This document shows, one piece after another, positions 39,936 through 53,759 of a stretch of 64,000 nt of DNA. The stretch covers positions 310,001-374,000 of the forward strand of contig NC_042997.1 in NCBI RefSeq assembly GCF_006345805.1, written 5' to 3'. The position numbers and the translations under genes are program-made. The notes under the pieces are model-generated. The model had not been told where the DNA came from, did not search any database, and saw only the letters and a program-made list of their open reading frames with translations. Each line of letters opens with the position of its first letter. Position 1 is the stretch's first letter. This DNA comes from Octopus sinensis (Eukaryota).

Positions 39936-41436
39936 AATTGCTATATAGCGCATGAGTGACGATTTAAAAAATAGTATAATGTAATAGAATTACTACATTC
40001 ATCACTGTTCTCATAATTCCCGTAACCACGCAACCCCCGCTTCATTAGTCAATATCCTTAGCGATAACATCACCACAAATTTAACATGTACTGCGTCCCC
40101 CCGCGTATCACATGTTTGATTGTATGTTTTAAATAACGTATCCTTACCTCTATCTCTATCTACTTTCTCTCTTTCGAAACCCTTCTCTTTCTCTGTTTGT
40201 GCTTCTCTTTTCAAGTAATATCTTAACCACATAATTAATATTGTTTGCTTTCTCCTAACTTTCACCTCTAGTACGTTCCTTTCTATTCACACACTTCTCT
40301 TCTTTTTTTGCTTTTCATTTCAGCTATCATTTAAGCACGTAAGATACGCAGTTACTAAGCAGAATAATATTATAGATAACAGCTGAAAAGTAATGACATG
40401 GAGTCGAAGATAAACGCTGATCGTTTCTCAATTAATTCAAATGCAGAATAATGTAGAGAAATAACCAGTAGAGTAGTCATCTTTTGATAATCTTGTTAGA
40501 ATTGAAGCCAAAGAAATATTCTCTCAATATACAGAAGTGTGTATCAACTGATAGGTCATCTGAAGCACGGTGAATTTAAGAAATCTTCAATAAATACAAT
40601 AAAACGTCGGCCGCACACTCAAAATCACGATGCTGTAGCTGATAGCTCATCACTATATTCAATTTGCCAGTTCCCTTTAACTATTAAAGCATAAATGTTA
40701 GATCTATTGATATCGACGTGTTGGCAGTAATGTTAGAATTCTAGGATTGAATATATGCCTTGCAGCTCTTAGATGTGTTGCATCACAGTCTGATGAAGTC
40801 TGTATTTATGTTTCAAATAATCATTCTAGAATCGGTGAAGCAAGTAATAATTCTAATGATCATATGCCCTACACTAAAACAGTTTAGTCATGTGCCAAAA
40901 GAAATCTATAATGTATTTAGATTGTAATGAGGAAAATATCTCTAGGTTGTTTTCTTTCTATTATAGACAATGAATTCAATTTATATCATTGTGTCTGAAT
41001 CATATTTTGAATATTCGCAGTGCTTAAATTGTGCATGTACACATGTGAGAACGTCTAGCATTAAATTACCTGGCTGACATTAAATTCACACTTTGATTGT
41101 CTTTATGAAATGAAAGCTCAAATATTCAGTAATGCTGTTAGACAGTTTGATATCTGTAGCATTAAATGACATATATACGATTTTCGAGTAAAACGTGATA
41201 TTATATCAAGTGTTAATGTTACAATTTTCACATGCTATTTATTCTATTTCACATGAAAATTCCCCAGAGCAATCATATATTTCTTTGTCTGATTAAATCT
41301 TCCGGACGTCTACAGAATAACACATTACAAATGTCTAATATCATTACAAAACGCCTTCTCAATTTAAAGAGGTCAAAATCAAATAAAAATAACAATTAAT
41401 TCAAACACTTAGTGAATAATCTCAATGAATTATATA

Positions 41437-42680
41437 TTGGGTCATCCCATAAATAATACATTTTCTATACTTCTTTTTTTTTCAAAATTAAAATAAACAA
41501 AGTTCCTGTTAATCTAAAGTATACTTTGCATTTTCTACTATGCTCTTCCATCTTGTAAGGCTCCTCTTCGAAAATTCTCTTGTCCGTTACGAAGAATACT
41601 CTTCCAGTACTGTTTTGACCTCATCTACAGAATCCATATTTTTTTCCATACAAATGATTTTCAAGACTGTAAAATAAATAATAATCAGATGGGGCAATGT
41701 CCGGCAAAGATAGTGGGTGGGGCATCGTTTCCCATTCAAACTGCTCCAGCATTTGGAATGTCATTCTCGCTGTATATGGCCGAGGATTATCCTGATGGAA
41801 GAACACGAATTGTCTTAAAATCAAAGATGGTCGTTTTTCTTCTAGCACTCATTTAAGCCGCTCAAGCTGCTCACAGTAGATCTCCTTTGTCATCGTTTGG
41901 TTTGGGTTTAAAAGTTCAAAGTGAAATAAACTTTTTATATCTCACGAAACAAATAACAACACCTTACGTGGGGGAAGACCTTCTTTAGCTTGGAATGTCG
42001 GTGTTTCTCCTTTCCCTATCCATTGTCTTCGGCGCTTGACATTTGTATCGAGGATCTAATTCTCGCCCTCAGTCACTATTCATTTCAAAAAAGGTTCATT
42101 CTTGAGATGTGACACTCAAGAAGAGCACACATTCACTCCCTGCGTGCGATTAGACTGGGTAGGTTTGTGAGGAATCCATTGCACCAACTTGCTGATTTTT
42201 CCGATGGCACATAAGTGTCGATTAATGATTGAATGACCAAATCTGAGAGTTCCTCAACAGTTACGATGGAATTTTGTTCCACCAGAGTTTGTAGGATGCC
42301 CTCGTCCAGGCAAAAGCTCATTTTCTAGGCTGTAGTTTCCGGCTAGAAATTTCTAGAACCACCATTGTCACTGGCTTACGCATATTGTCTAACACTCCAT
42401 ATACAGCATTGATATTCCTCGCACTTTCCGTTGCGTTGTTGTCTTTATTGAACACATAAAAGAAAATATGCCGAATATGTTCCTTTGTCACTTCCATTAT
42501 AGCTTTGAAAAAATAACTTTTAAAATCGAACTTCACTCTTCAAACCTTGCAGTAAGATTAAAACCAAGGTAAAATTACTACCTGCTTTTATAGCAAGTTG
42601 ATACAGGTAGGTTATATCATCCCCCACCGACTTTTAGTTCATGCAATTGAGAAAACTGCATCGTTTACGGGATGACCCAA
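41437..42680 (-). mobile_element. Full-length-size mariner (1244 bp), decayed
   Basis: TIRs TA|ttgggtcatcccataaataat.. and ..gtttacgggatgacccaa|TA; MEVTKEHIRHI.. from 42497, HQDNPRP, PDIAPSDYYLF (DD34D); stops and frameshifts. Confidence 0.9.
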
Positions 42681-43076
42681 TATAAATACATTAACTTTGT
42701 GATGGCATCCCTTTCTTAAAAGATTATAATTCTATGAAGTGTTTCAGTAGTAGCAAAAAATCATCACATACTGTCTCCCCTTTTGTATCTTTACACATAC
42801 ACACACAACACAAGTATACACATACATATACATACGCATGCTTGTGTGTATTTGAGCGCCGTGCGTTTATTTTGATAGAAATTTACTTATAAGAAGGCTC
42901 AAATACTAAATGGAGAGTCAAATTTATTATGACATGTTGTGACTGGGAGTTTAAATTTCTTCTTATGGGTTATGCAATTAGATGGGTTGTGTAAGTTGTG
43001 CTAAAGTTCCAATGAAAACGAATTTTATAATGCATACATGCAAACAAACATAGGTATATATTTATATATGTATATA

Positions 43077-43931
43077 CTATCTGGAGTACCCAGTAATTCC
43101 CGGGGGTAAAGGGTATTGAAACGCCTTATTACTCTGATATAAGAAAGCAATTTTGTTATAACTTCCACAAAAGGTGTATTTTCCGTCACAAAAAGTACAA
43201 AATACAGTCAGCTGGAGGAGGAAGAGATTGATGGAGGTTGGCGACAAAGATTGTCGGAGGTTGGTGAGACAGGTTGTCGGAGGTTGGCGAGGGGCAAAAA
43301 CATTATTCTGCTTAGCGAAGGTATTTGGGAAATGTATAACTGCTGTCACAGAAAACTATTTTTTTACCGTAAGAAAATCGCTGTAGAAGTGTTAAGTGAA
43401 ATTTGGCAATAGAGTATCGAATCCACGCTATGCCTGCATAAAGCCACTACGTTGTGGAATTAAAAAAAAATTATCTACAGTCATTGAAAATGTGTAGTTG
43501 TAAAAATGCAGAATTATAGGAGTAATGGGCATTTAAAAAAGTATGTATGTATAGAAATGTATGAATGAAGTTTTTAATGTTTAAAATATAAATGAAGGAA
43601 GTGCAATAATAATGTTTAGTAGTGTAAAACTGGGAGCAGTGAAATTCAGCATTAGGTCGGCTGATCGTGAGAATGAAATATTGATCGCTTCGCTAAAAGC
43701 TGCAGGTGGTATGGATTATTTCCCTTGGATTGTTTAAATAAAATATTAATAATATGTAGTATATAGAAGGGTCCACAATGTTTCCAGACATGAGGTCTAC
43801 TCACGTGTCAACTTTCATCAAAATCATTAAAACGATGTTGTAGGATTTAGCTACCAACGCCACAAACACACCGATTTTCCACATGTAGCATATATATATA
43901 TATATATATATGTAGATAGATAGATAGATAG

Positions 43932-43932
<1 letters not shown>
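43077..43932 (-). mobile_element. Non-autonomous Helitron candidate
   Basis: Minus strand A|TCTATC 5' end; gattttgatgaaagttgacac resembles 18163-18185 of the 18085 Helitron; 3' hairpin-like cccgggaattactggg followed by ATAG|T (one mismatch to CTAG). Confidence 0.5.
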
Positions 43933-44028
<96 letters not shown>

Positions 44029-44171
44029 TATATTTATGTACATACGTATACATACAAATACATACATATATAGATACATACACATATATATATATACATA
44101 TATATACACATATACTGATAGATACACACACAAGCACACACACACACACACCACACACACACACACACACA

Positions 44172-44219
<48 letters not shown>

Positions 44220-44645
44220 TTGCATATATCTGCACTCTTTCTACAACATTAAGAGTATTTTAACTCAATGTAGTCGCGTCGGGACCCTAAATCACACTTA
44301 GTGACGATTGAATTTTTCCTCTATATTATTACATTGCGCTTAGCTGCTTAAAGTAATTTGTCTTATACGCATTAGCATTCTGGTAAATCATCCATAAACT
44401 TTTATCGTAGATGCATATATGCTGATGGGACTAATTAACTGAACATGTGCCTCACTAAAGCGATGTACGGAATACACGAAATTACACGTCTAGTCTGAGG
44501 AGTTTTGAGTCGGTAGGGGGCTTTTGGGTCCCCTGTCAGCACATATCTGCGCTCTTCGTACACCATTAAAAGTATTTTAACTCATTTCTAGGGACACTTA
44601 ATGATGATTGAATGTTTCCTTTATGGTATCACTTTACGCCTAGCT

Positions 44646-44723
<78 letters not shown>

Positions 44724-47700
44724 CTTTTTTGCAACAAGTTGATTAAACCACATACCGAAAATATTAGAAATACCAGCCAAAGGACTACTATTTCCTTTTA
44801 CTACAAAATAAGTCTCCACAGAGACTTATATATATATATACCAATGGGGGAAAGACTAACACACGGAAAAATACAGTAGACAGAAGGTCCCCCAGAAATC
44901 AGTTTTTAGGCCTTGTGGATTAATCCAGAAATCTGTCCGATTCGGGAATAACGAATTAAAAATTTCTGCTCGCTTGCTTTCCTCGATTCAGCACTCTGTG
45001 TATTTATAGTGCAAAATATTGTATGTGGGTAGACAGTTCAAGGACTAGGGTTGTAGAATTTTCCCACATCAAACTTCGGTAAGCTGAAAAATGTTGTTCT
45101 ATAGTTCACGGTTAGCAACTAGGGTTACCATGTATGCGAATAAAAATTCAAATTTAGGGAATGGAGCAGGTAAAATCCAGGCTACATAAGCTTCCTAGCA
45201 ACTGAACCTCGGAAGTATAATTACTCAACGAGGGGTACTTCACTGGCTACTCATCAGGTCTACTTATATAAAAAAAAGAGTCTTATCTGCCTAGTTTAAA
45301 TATGCAAGCTACTCGAATGAAGAGTTAGGGACTGTTGAAATTCAGTGATGTACCCTTATAAACGTCATGTGTTCATACCAGTAACATTTACCTGGGCTTC
45401 GGATTAGCTGATCGATTATTTACGAATAATGTTAATCATATAAAATGACGCAACTGATTATAAATTATGGCACTTCTCAACAAACGTAAATTTGTTTATT
45501 ACCTACATACAACTTTTTGTCGCATCACATAAATAACCGCATATTTATGTTTATACGTGCAATTGTATGTATCTAGTTAGTTCCAATATTGGCAGTTGGT
45601 TGATAAGTTGGACTTAGTAATATACGGTATCGATCCACTGCCATTCTTACTTCTAATCTAATCATTACCGTCTGCTCCTTTCATTAATTTGTGAACCGTA
45701 AAAATGAAAAAAAACAGTAGTGTTTTCAATTCCAATTAATCGATTATTCGGCTTTATTACATTGCATAGAAAATGACCAGGGTCTAATTAAAAAGTTTTG
45801 TTCACTGCCTAAAAAGTCAATATCGCTCCCACTTCAATAGGTGGCATTAGTAAAATGTTTCAAAATGTTTCAACAATTTATTAAGTTGCTTGAGTGTATT
45901 TATTTATACAACTTGCAGCATAATCAAAAGATATGTTTGAATAGTTTTCAAAGCTATTATAAGAATGCTTATGTTTTATGTATTCGTTGTAGATATGTTG
46001 CATAGCTGTATTCTTTTTAAAATTAATTTTGTATTCTATTTCTTTCGTCATATCTTCTTAGTCACAAAGGATAGATATAGTTGGAAATTTCTTAATTTTA
46101 TGGGCACTTTAGCTATATTTTTATAATGGGCTCAGCTTCGTATCATTCGACATAGAAAATAGATTTTATTACCCTTTAGTGGGCAATAAACCAGCAATGG
46201 ATGAGAGGCTGAGCCTAAATGTAATGGTAATAAAATAATATTCTTTGTCAAATTGAAGGATGGAATAATTTTAGTAAATTTTGATTTGACATTTTTTTTT
46301 AATGATCATGCATTTCTCCATTTAGATTAGTATTAAAAATAAAATAGCAATCATAACTACTGACGTAAAAAATATTGCTCGAGGTAGCATTCGAATTAGT
46401 TTCCTCCTCAGTGTAGTATATTTACTGATAGAACAGAGAATAGTAGAGTAGTTGTGGTGATCGTGATTCAAAGCCCATGGTGCACATTGTCAATTTGCAG
46501 TGATATAATAGTGGTCTTGAATACGGAACTTTCTCACATTACTCAGTATTAGACTTACAAAATGATATTCAAGAATAAAGTAATATCCAAGTATAATTTT
46601 TTTGATAACCATATATCTACGTGGTTTTTAGTTATTCATATATATTAATATCTCTCTGGTGGGTATGTAAAAAATTCTCTGTCAAATCCTTACTTAACCT
46701 GTTATATCATAGAATTTATAACAAATATCATACTAACTTTCTCAAGAACCAATAAACTAAGTATAATGTTCATTATATACTGGATAGGTGGAAAGAATAT
46801 TGACCATTCCTGGTATATTTTTACCGTTTGATTGTGTAACATGGGTATATATGTTTTATCAAATCTGAGTTATATTATCGATAACCAATATCGATATTAT
46901 CATTGATATGTTATGCAAAAGTATATTTAAATGCTTTACCATTCTTCAGTACTTAAATACATTTTAAAACTGAACAAACATGTATATTCCCTACGCACAC
47001 AAGCACACAGATATACACACATACATATATTTATACATACATGCATGCATACATATATGCGTAAAAAGAAAATTATTGATAATAACCCATTGTCAAAACT
47101 CTACCCATAGATACATTACATATTACACAAATTTTGTGATATCTGCAGTATGATGCAGAAGCAATTTAATTCTTGACATGTTGCATCACTCATAATAACT
47201 GAACCAGAAAATTACCACTATTTTCTATTTCACATTTATGTTTCCAAGCCTTTTTAAGATGGATGGCTGTGTAATTTCGGAGTATTTACATGGATTGTCG
47301 ATGCATGCATAGCATTTTTAGAGGTGTGTATTCTTATTTTATGTTGAACACAACATTTTAAAATGACATATATCTAAGTGCTCGTATCAGTGACTGAATA
47401 GGCAACCAACAATTTCCTTTTCTAATGATACTATATAATGTTAATCATAATACGCGTCACAATGTTCGAATATATAACTTTCTCTGCTTCCTTACTTCCA
47501 GGTACATGCGTCAGCTTTAGCAATTTCTATATATGCATGTTTGGTTTCGGGGGCGGGGTGATAGCATGTCCGTGATGTGATGCTGATTGAGAAGCAAAAT
47601 ACCTAGCCTTCTATGTTTGTTGTATTGTCAGCAAGTATTTTTGTGAATTAGTTATTTGTCAGAAATACTATTTATTAGTTGCAAGTTATGAATATTTATT

Positions 47701-48042
47701 CTTAAGCTGTCACTTGTTTATTGGCAGACAGCATTAATATTTTTAACACTGTGCACACTGCAGGATTGAACGGTGCTACTCAGGTGTCGAAACAACCGTG
47801 ATATCCATTTGGGCAGCTGATAATCGGAATGTACATATCTTATATCCGATTGCGAATTTCTTATATCCTAGTCTTACTATGCTAGGTTGTCTTTCGTTCT
47901 TGTAAAGTGGCAATTATTTGGGAATTCATAGTTTGTAGGGATCGCTTACTGTGCTTTTGTTTTGTTTTATTCATGAATAACCTAAATAAGCTTGAGCGCT
48001 GCTTAGATACTGGTATGGAGTCTTGGTAAGTTTTCTAGCATA

Positions 48043-48136
<94 letters not shown>

Positions 48137-48789
48137 AAGGAGCTTCTACAGGACTAGAACTGTTTCATTCAAGAGAAATCTTCAGGAAGCTAGTTAACAA
48201 GAATTGTATTGGCATTTATACATTTAGGCAGGTTTAAAGGGGTGTTGGTGGGGGACTTTTTGGGGGTAGGCATAGCGCAAAATATCATGCTTGGGGGAGT
48301 GGTCAAGGAGTCAGTGTTAAATTAGATAGAAGAATAAATAAAAAAATAAAAAATATATAAAAAAATATATAAAAATATATATAAAAAAGGGAATAGAGTT
48401 TTAGGTAAATAAGGATATTCTCACTTATACCTATGCACATATGTATACATATATACACACACATACAAAAATATATACATATACATACACACATACGTAC
48501 ACACACACATATATATACATATATATACACTTACACATACATATACATATCTACACATACACATATATGTATACATACACACACTCACATGCATACACGT
48601 ATACACACATGTATATATACATACACGACCACACATACATATACACACAGAAAAATATATATACACATACACACACATACTCACATACACGCATACACAC
48701 ACATATCCACACACACATATGCACACACAGCACACTAGTCCCTATATACACATATATACACATACACACACATATACACACACATACAT

Positions 48790-48820
<31 letters not shown>

Positions 48821-49568
48821 CATATGTGTACCTATGCATACCTACACATACACACATATATATACACATACAAATACAGACCCATTCCCTAATTTTAATT
48901 TTATTATCTTCATTTATTACTTTTGTTATCTTTGATCGCTGGTCACAAACATCTTGGCTATGACAGCCAGTCCATTTATCTGTCTACTGGAAAACAAGCA
49001 CTCATTTACTCACGCACACTCTTTAGCACGTACACTCACTCATTCGCACACTCATACACATACACGCACGCACGCGTTATATTCATACATACATACATCT
49101 ACATACATTCACGTATATACACATACGTACGCGTACCTACAGATTCATGTCTACACTCTTAGAAGGCTAGTCTATACATATACACCAATAAATATAAATA
49201 CACACACATACATATACACCTACATACAAATACATACATGTATATATATATATATACATATATATACATATTCACATATATATACATACATATATATATA
49301 TACATATATATACATATATATACATATACATACATATACATACATATACATATATATATATATATACACATACACACACATACACATACATACATATACA
49401 CACATACACATACATACGTATACATACATGCATACATCCATACATACATACATTTATACACATACACACACCCACACGTATACATATACGTACACATACG
49501 TACAATTTTACTCTACTATGTATTGAGTACCTTATTTACTGTGGTTAACCCCGAATCAACCCGGGACC

Positions 49569-49612
<44 letters not shown>

Positions 49613-49914
49613 AATCATCATCATAATCATCATCATCCTCCTCCTCCTCCTCATCTTCTTCTTCTTCTTCTCTTCTTCTTCTTCTCTTCTTCTTCTTCTT
49701 CTACTTCTTCTACTTCTTCTCCTTCTACTTCTTCTCCTTCTACTTCCTATCTTTATCACTAAAGCTTTTTAGTATAACACCTACGCAAATTCTATGAACA
49801 AACCTTTCAATAGAAATATTCTCATGAATTGAACAGCAACTGCTAACCGACACTGACCACTCAAAATACGACAATCAAGGCACTCCCAAATTATCCCCAC
49901 CCCCTTCTCCTCAT

Positions 49915-49998
49915 CCTTCTTCTTCTTCTTCTTCTTCTTCTTCTTCTTCTTCTTCTTCTTCTTCTTCTTCTTCTTCTTCTTCTTCTTCTTCTTCTTTC
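49915..49998. repeat. (TTC)n microsatellite
   Basis: Directly visible; the CA/TA-rich low-complexity block at 48420-49500 lies upstream. Confidence 0.95.
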
Positions 49999-50384
49999 CT
50001 ACCAAGAATTCACAACGACCTCGAATCCACAAGTGTAAAGAAGAGAGACAGAGAAAGGCAGAAACAAGGAAAATGCTACTTATATTTGAACACTATACAA
50101 ATATTCTTTTAAAAAAACTTTTGTTTTAATTTTTCTAAATTTAATTATTTAATCGTTACAGTTGAAAAGGCCTCAAAATGACTGAAACCGGTACTGAAAT
50201 GTTCTTTATAAAATCATTTTAGCATTTTCTATCTTGACTTATTTTTTCATATATATATATATCATTTGTACGATATATATATATCATTTGTACATATATA
50301 TATGTATATTATTTGTACGATGTGGAAAATATACCGCCAACTTTGCCCAAACGACCTAAACATTAGCTTCAAGGTTCATCCTAG

Positions 50385-50745
50385 ACTTGGACCACGGGCT
50401 ATACGTCCCCTGCCCAATTCATGATCACAACATACATGTACACTGCAACATAATTTATTTTCCTCAACAGGCCCTGCCCTATTTAACATTGTCCCGAGAA
50501 AGATCAAAGAGGAAAAGGATCCCATCAACTTTAAACAGAGTCTGGATAGATTCCTTCAAAGAGTACCAGATAAGCCACCCATAATTGGATACAACTCACC
50601 CAACAAGAACTCACTACTTGAACAAAACTTGACTTAAACAAAACTTGACTTAAACAGGATTCGAATAATCCTATCAGGTGGTGCTATTAAGTTAGACATG
50701 GCCTGGACCAATCTTTGGTCGAAACATATCTAAGTTTATCTAAGT
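50385..50745 (+). mobile_element. CR1/L2-like LINE 3' end
   Basis: GPALFNIVPRKIKEEKDPINFKQSLDRFLQRVPDKP..GY.SPNKNSLL, then a short UTR ending in (atctaagttt) repeats. Confidence 0.65.
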
Positions 50746-50767
50746 TTATATATATATATATATATTT

Positions 50768-50809
<42 letters not shown>

Positions 50810-50913
50810 GTTATGAGAGGTAATGGTGTCAACAAGACCCAAAGGCATCAGGTAATGCTTAGTAGGTCTATGGACAGACAATAGTTAAGCTCCTGGTTCG
50901 GTGATTATGCGAA

Positions 50914-51257
50914 TTTTAGAACTTTGATAAATAGAATATCTTACGGCTATTTCCGGGACATTTATTATATCCCTTCATCGGAGACTGTGTGAGAAAATGG
51001 TTAAGCAATAATTAATTTAGATAAGGTATAAAATAGAGAGTGAAATGGAAGAATAAAAATATATGCCTACATAATGGATCTACAAATGCAATATCCCTGC
51101 ATATCTCACATCTGTTTTTATTCCTCCACTTCACTCTCTATTGCATATCTTATCTAAAATAATTATTGATTAACCATTTACTCAAACTGACTCCGATGAA
51201 GGGATATAATAAATATCGCGGAAACAGCTGTAAGGCCTATTTATAAATGTTCTAAAA
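50914..51257. repeat. Older inverted repeat (about 145-bp arms) with HHR-like motif in each arm
   Basis: 50914-51059 matches the reverse complement of 51115-51257 at roughly 80%; motif CCGATGA-A-GGGATAT..ATATC(G/C)C-G-GAAACAGCTGTA at 51193-51232. Confidence 0.8.
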
Positions 51258-51288
51258 TCTTCACAGCCTTGTTTTTTTTATCTCATTC

Positions 51289-51335
<47 letters not shown>

Positions 51336-52399
51336 ATAATAATAAAGGGCAAAATTAATTAATTTATAATTTCAGCAAGTAGAATTCGGCATGAAAAAGT
51401 ATCATTTTTCGGTAAACTTAAATCATATTTTATAATTACGAGTATAATTATACTTAGGGTTCAGCAAAGATTCGCTTTACCACATACTGAAGTTTAGAAA
51501 TAGCAGCCAAAGAACCTTAGCTAATTCTTCTACTATAAAAAGAGACTCCCGGACAAAAACAAAATACTCGAAATAACCCACGCAGACAGAAAGGAAAAAT
51601 AACGAAATTCACTCGGTATTTGATTACCTGTGGACACATTTCGGAATTAGATCGGTATGAAGAATGTAAGCATCATACTTCACCCAAACATTTTCCTCTT
51701 CAGCACAGGATTCCACGATATTAAATTTGAGAGCACTGGAAAAATTTAACATACCTATCCAATTCAAAACACTATCAGATGGATCATATTCAACGTCCAG
51801 TACCGACGAATTCAAAACATACGAATGAGGTTCCTCATCGTCCCTCGCCGATCCACGTGTGTTGTCGAGTAAAAATACTACAGAAAAAGACTGTAGTTTA
51901 TTATCAGAAAGAGACTCCCAGACAAAAACAAAATACTCGAAATAATCCACGCAGACAGAGAGGAAAAATAACGAATTTATACTTTTTCCTTTACCGTTAC
52001 TTTACTCATTATTGTAGGTGTAGGTGTCGTAATTCCTGTTACTGTTGCGTTTACTACCTAGTGGTGGTAGTGTTATCGCTGGTTCTAGCTTTGGGGTTTA
52101 TGGTCTTGGTATCTTTCCTTCTGTTGACCTCACTGTTCCCATTTATTTTACTACTGCTGCTGCTGCTGGTCTTCCTGGCCCTTAATTTTGCGTGCTTGCG
52201 TATTTGTTATTCTCTACATTATCGTTGTCGTTTTTATTGTTGATACCATTATTGTCGTTGTTCTTAGTGGTACCAATATTTGGTATGTTGACTCCCCCCC
52301 CCCCGCTTACATTTTCTATCCTGTTTCTGCTGCTGCTGCTGCTGTTCCTGACCCTTATTTTGATATTATTCTTGTATCTTTCTGTGCTTGTGTGTTCGT

Positions 52400-53070
52400 T
52401 CATGTGAGTTCGTTCATGTTGCCATCATGGTTGTTGCTGTTGTTCGTGTTGCTCTGGACGATTGTGAAGTTACTGTTTCTGTTGTTGTTGCTGTTATTAT
52501 TGTTGTTATTGTTAACGTGTTCGGAGGTGCTGTTGTTGTTTGTGTTGTTGCGATCGTTTGTGCCGTTGCTGATGTTTTATTTTTGTTGAGGTTCCACCGA
52601 ATTTTTATGAATGCTTTCTCTATTTCAGAGACAGAACGTATTCTATTTCCCTTTCTGTATACGGCAAACTTTGGTGGTAGTTGAAGTAACGATTGTTCAT
52701 ACAAGGCGACAGGTATATTTTTATAGACGTTCGCTTTATTGTCCATGCTAAATTCGGCCGTTATAGGGCGTCTGTCATATATATCCTATTCATCTTATCC
52801 GGGTGCCTCCATTTTTTCTTGCTTTATTTTACATTGTTGCTTATATTTCATCCAGGAGAATTTTTGCTGAAGCGTTTATCGCATTTACGTCTGATGTACA
52901 TGCTTTCTGCGCGTATGATGCCCATTAAAGTTGTTCTTTCTGGAGGTGTGGTGATGCATCTTAACGCCCATAGTAATACGCATTTGCCTTTTTCTTTAGT
53001 TGGCTTAAATCTGTATAATTTCTTTCCGTTGTGTTTATCATTAGTTTATCATTCTTTATGTATATATATG
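52400..53070 (-). mobile_element. Penelope-like element N-terminal ORF fragment
   Basis: SLLQLPPKFAVYRK..EIEKAFIKIRW resembles the PLE N-terminal L..GPKF..E..L.KLRW motif; runs into (ACA)n low complexity. Confidence 0.5.
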
Positions 53071-53179
53071 ATTGCTTCAGCTTGACAGATGATATTTGTC
53101 CCATCAACAAACACACACACACACCATCACACGCACACACAAAAACACGCTCACACGCATACACACGCATATAATATAT

Positions 53180-53341
53180 AGGAGTGGCTGCGTGGTAATA
53201 AACTTCCTTCCCCAACCACATGGTACCGGGATCAGTCCCACTGTGTGGCATGTTGCTTAAGTATCTTCTGCTATAGCTTCCGGTCGGCAAAAGCCTTCAG
53301 CGTGGATTTGGTAGACGGATGCTAAAAAAAAGCCCGTCGTT
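53180..53341 (+). mobile_element. CORE-like tRNA-derived SINE 5' part
   Basis: ggagtggctgcgtggtaa..ggatcagtccc..ggatttggtagacgg..gcccgtcgt. Confidence 0.8.
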
Positions 53342-53394
53342 TACCCCCCCCCCATATATATATATATATATAATATATATATATATATATAATC

Positions 53395-53500
53395 CAACAA
53401 AGAAGAACAAGAAAAACAATAACGCGAGGACGTGGTACACGTACTGTATTATCAGACGCTCAGGAAAGGAAGGAAAGAGGATTTAACGTTTCGAGTGTCT
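53395..53500 (-). mobile_element. PLE-type 3' terminus fragment
   Basis: Minus strand ctcgaaacgttaaatc..cctgagcgt, similar to 21227-21270. Confidence 0.5.
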
Positions 53501-53759
53501 CATTTACTTCATTGTGTTGTTTATAGTTCTCTTTAATTAAACTGAAAGTGTCGTCGAGGAGGTTTATTATAGAAAGTTTGAACGTTGTAATTTTGAACCC
53601 AAATTATGGAAGGTGTCACTGAGTCACTTTTCTGAAGTTATTTTACACATGCCTATAGGAATGTTGTGATTCGGTCATATTATCTCCCATATAAAATCTA
53701 ATATTTAAGTAAATAAAAAGAAACAACTTTAAGTGTATCTAGTACTCATCTTTCTCCGA

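Noticed and set aside
40600-40760. NHD..AD / VRSIDIDVLAV pieces resembling an XPG-like nuclease of Academ transposons
   Set aside because: Too short and degraded to support a call.
43795-43890. Minus-strand [11 protein letters not shown].. frame ending in a strong CAC|gtgagt donor
   Set aside because: Sequence matches the 5' part of the Helitron family at 18085.
48145-48200. Minus-strand CTGAAGA..GAAACAGT motif
   Set aside because: Stem I is offset by several nucleotides and stem II is weak; cannot be folded as a canonical HHR from this copy.
33083-49762. Long ORFs rich in YI/HT/CV repeats (e.g. 33083-33433, 36229-36717, 43801-44235, 48421-49762)
   Set aside because: Translations of (TA)n, (CA)n and (CATA)n microsatellites that simply lack stop codons.
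49781-50032. Poly-lysine ORF
   Set aside because: Translation of the (TTC)n tract.
52414-52746. Thr-rich mucin-like ORF
   Set aside because: PLE N-terminal fragment running into (ACA)n low-complexity DNA.
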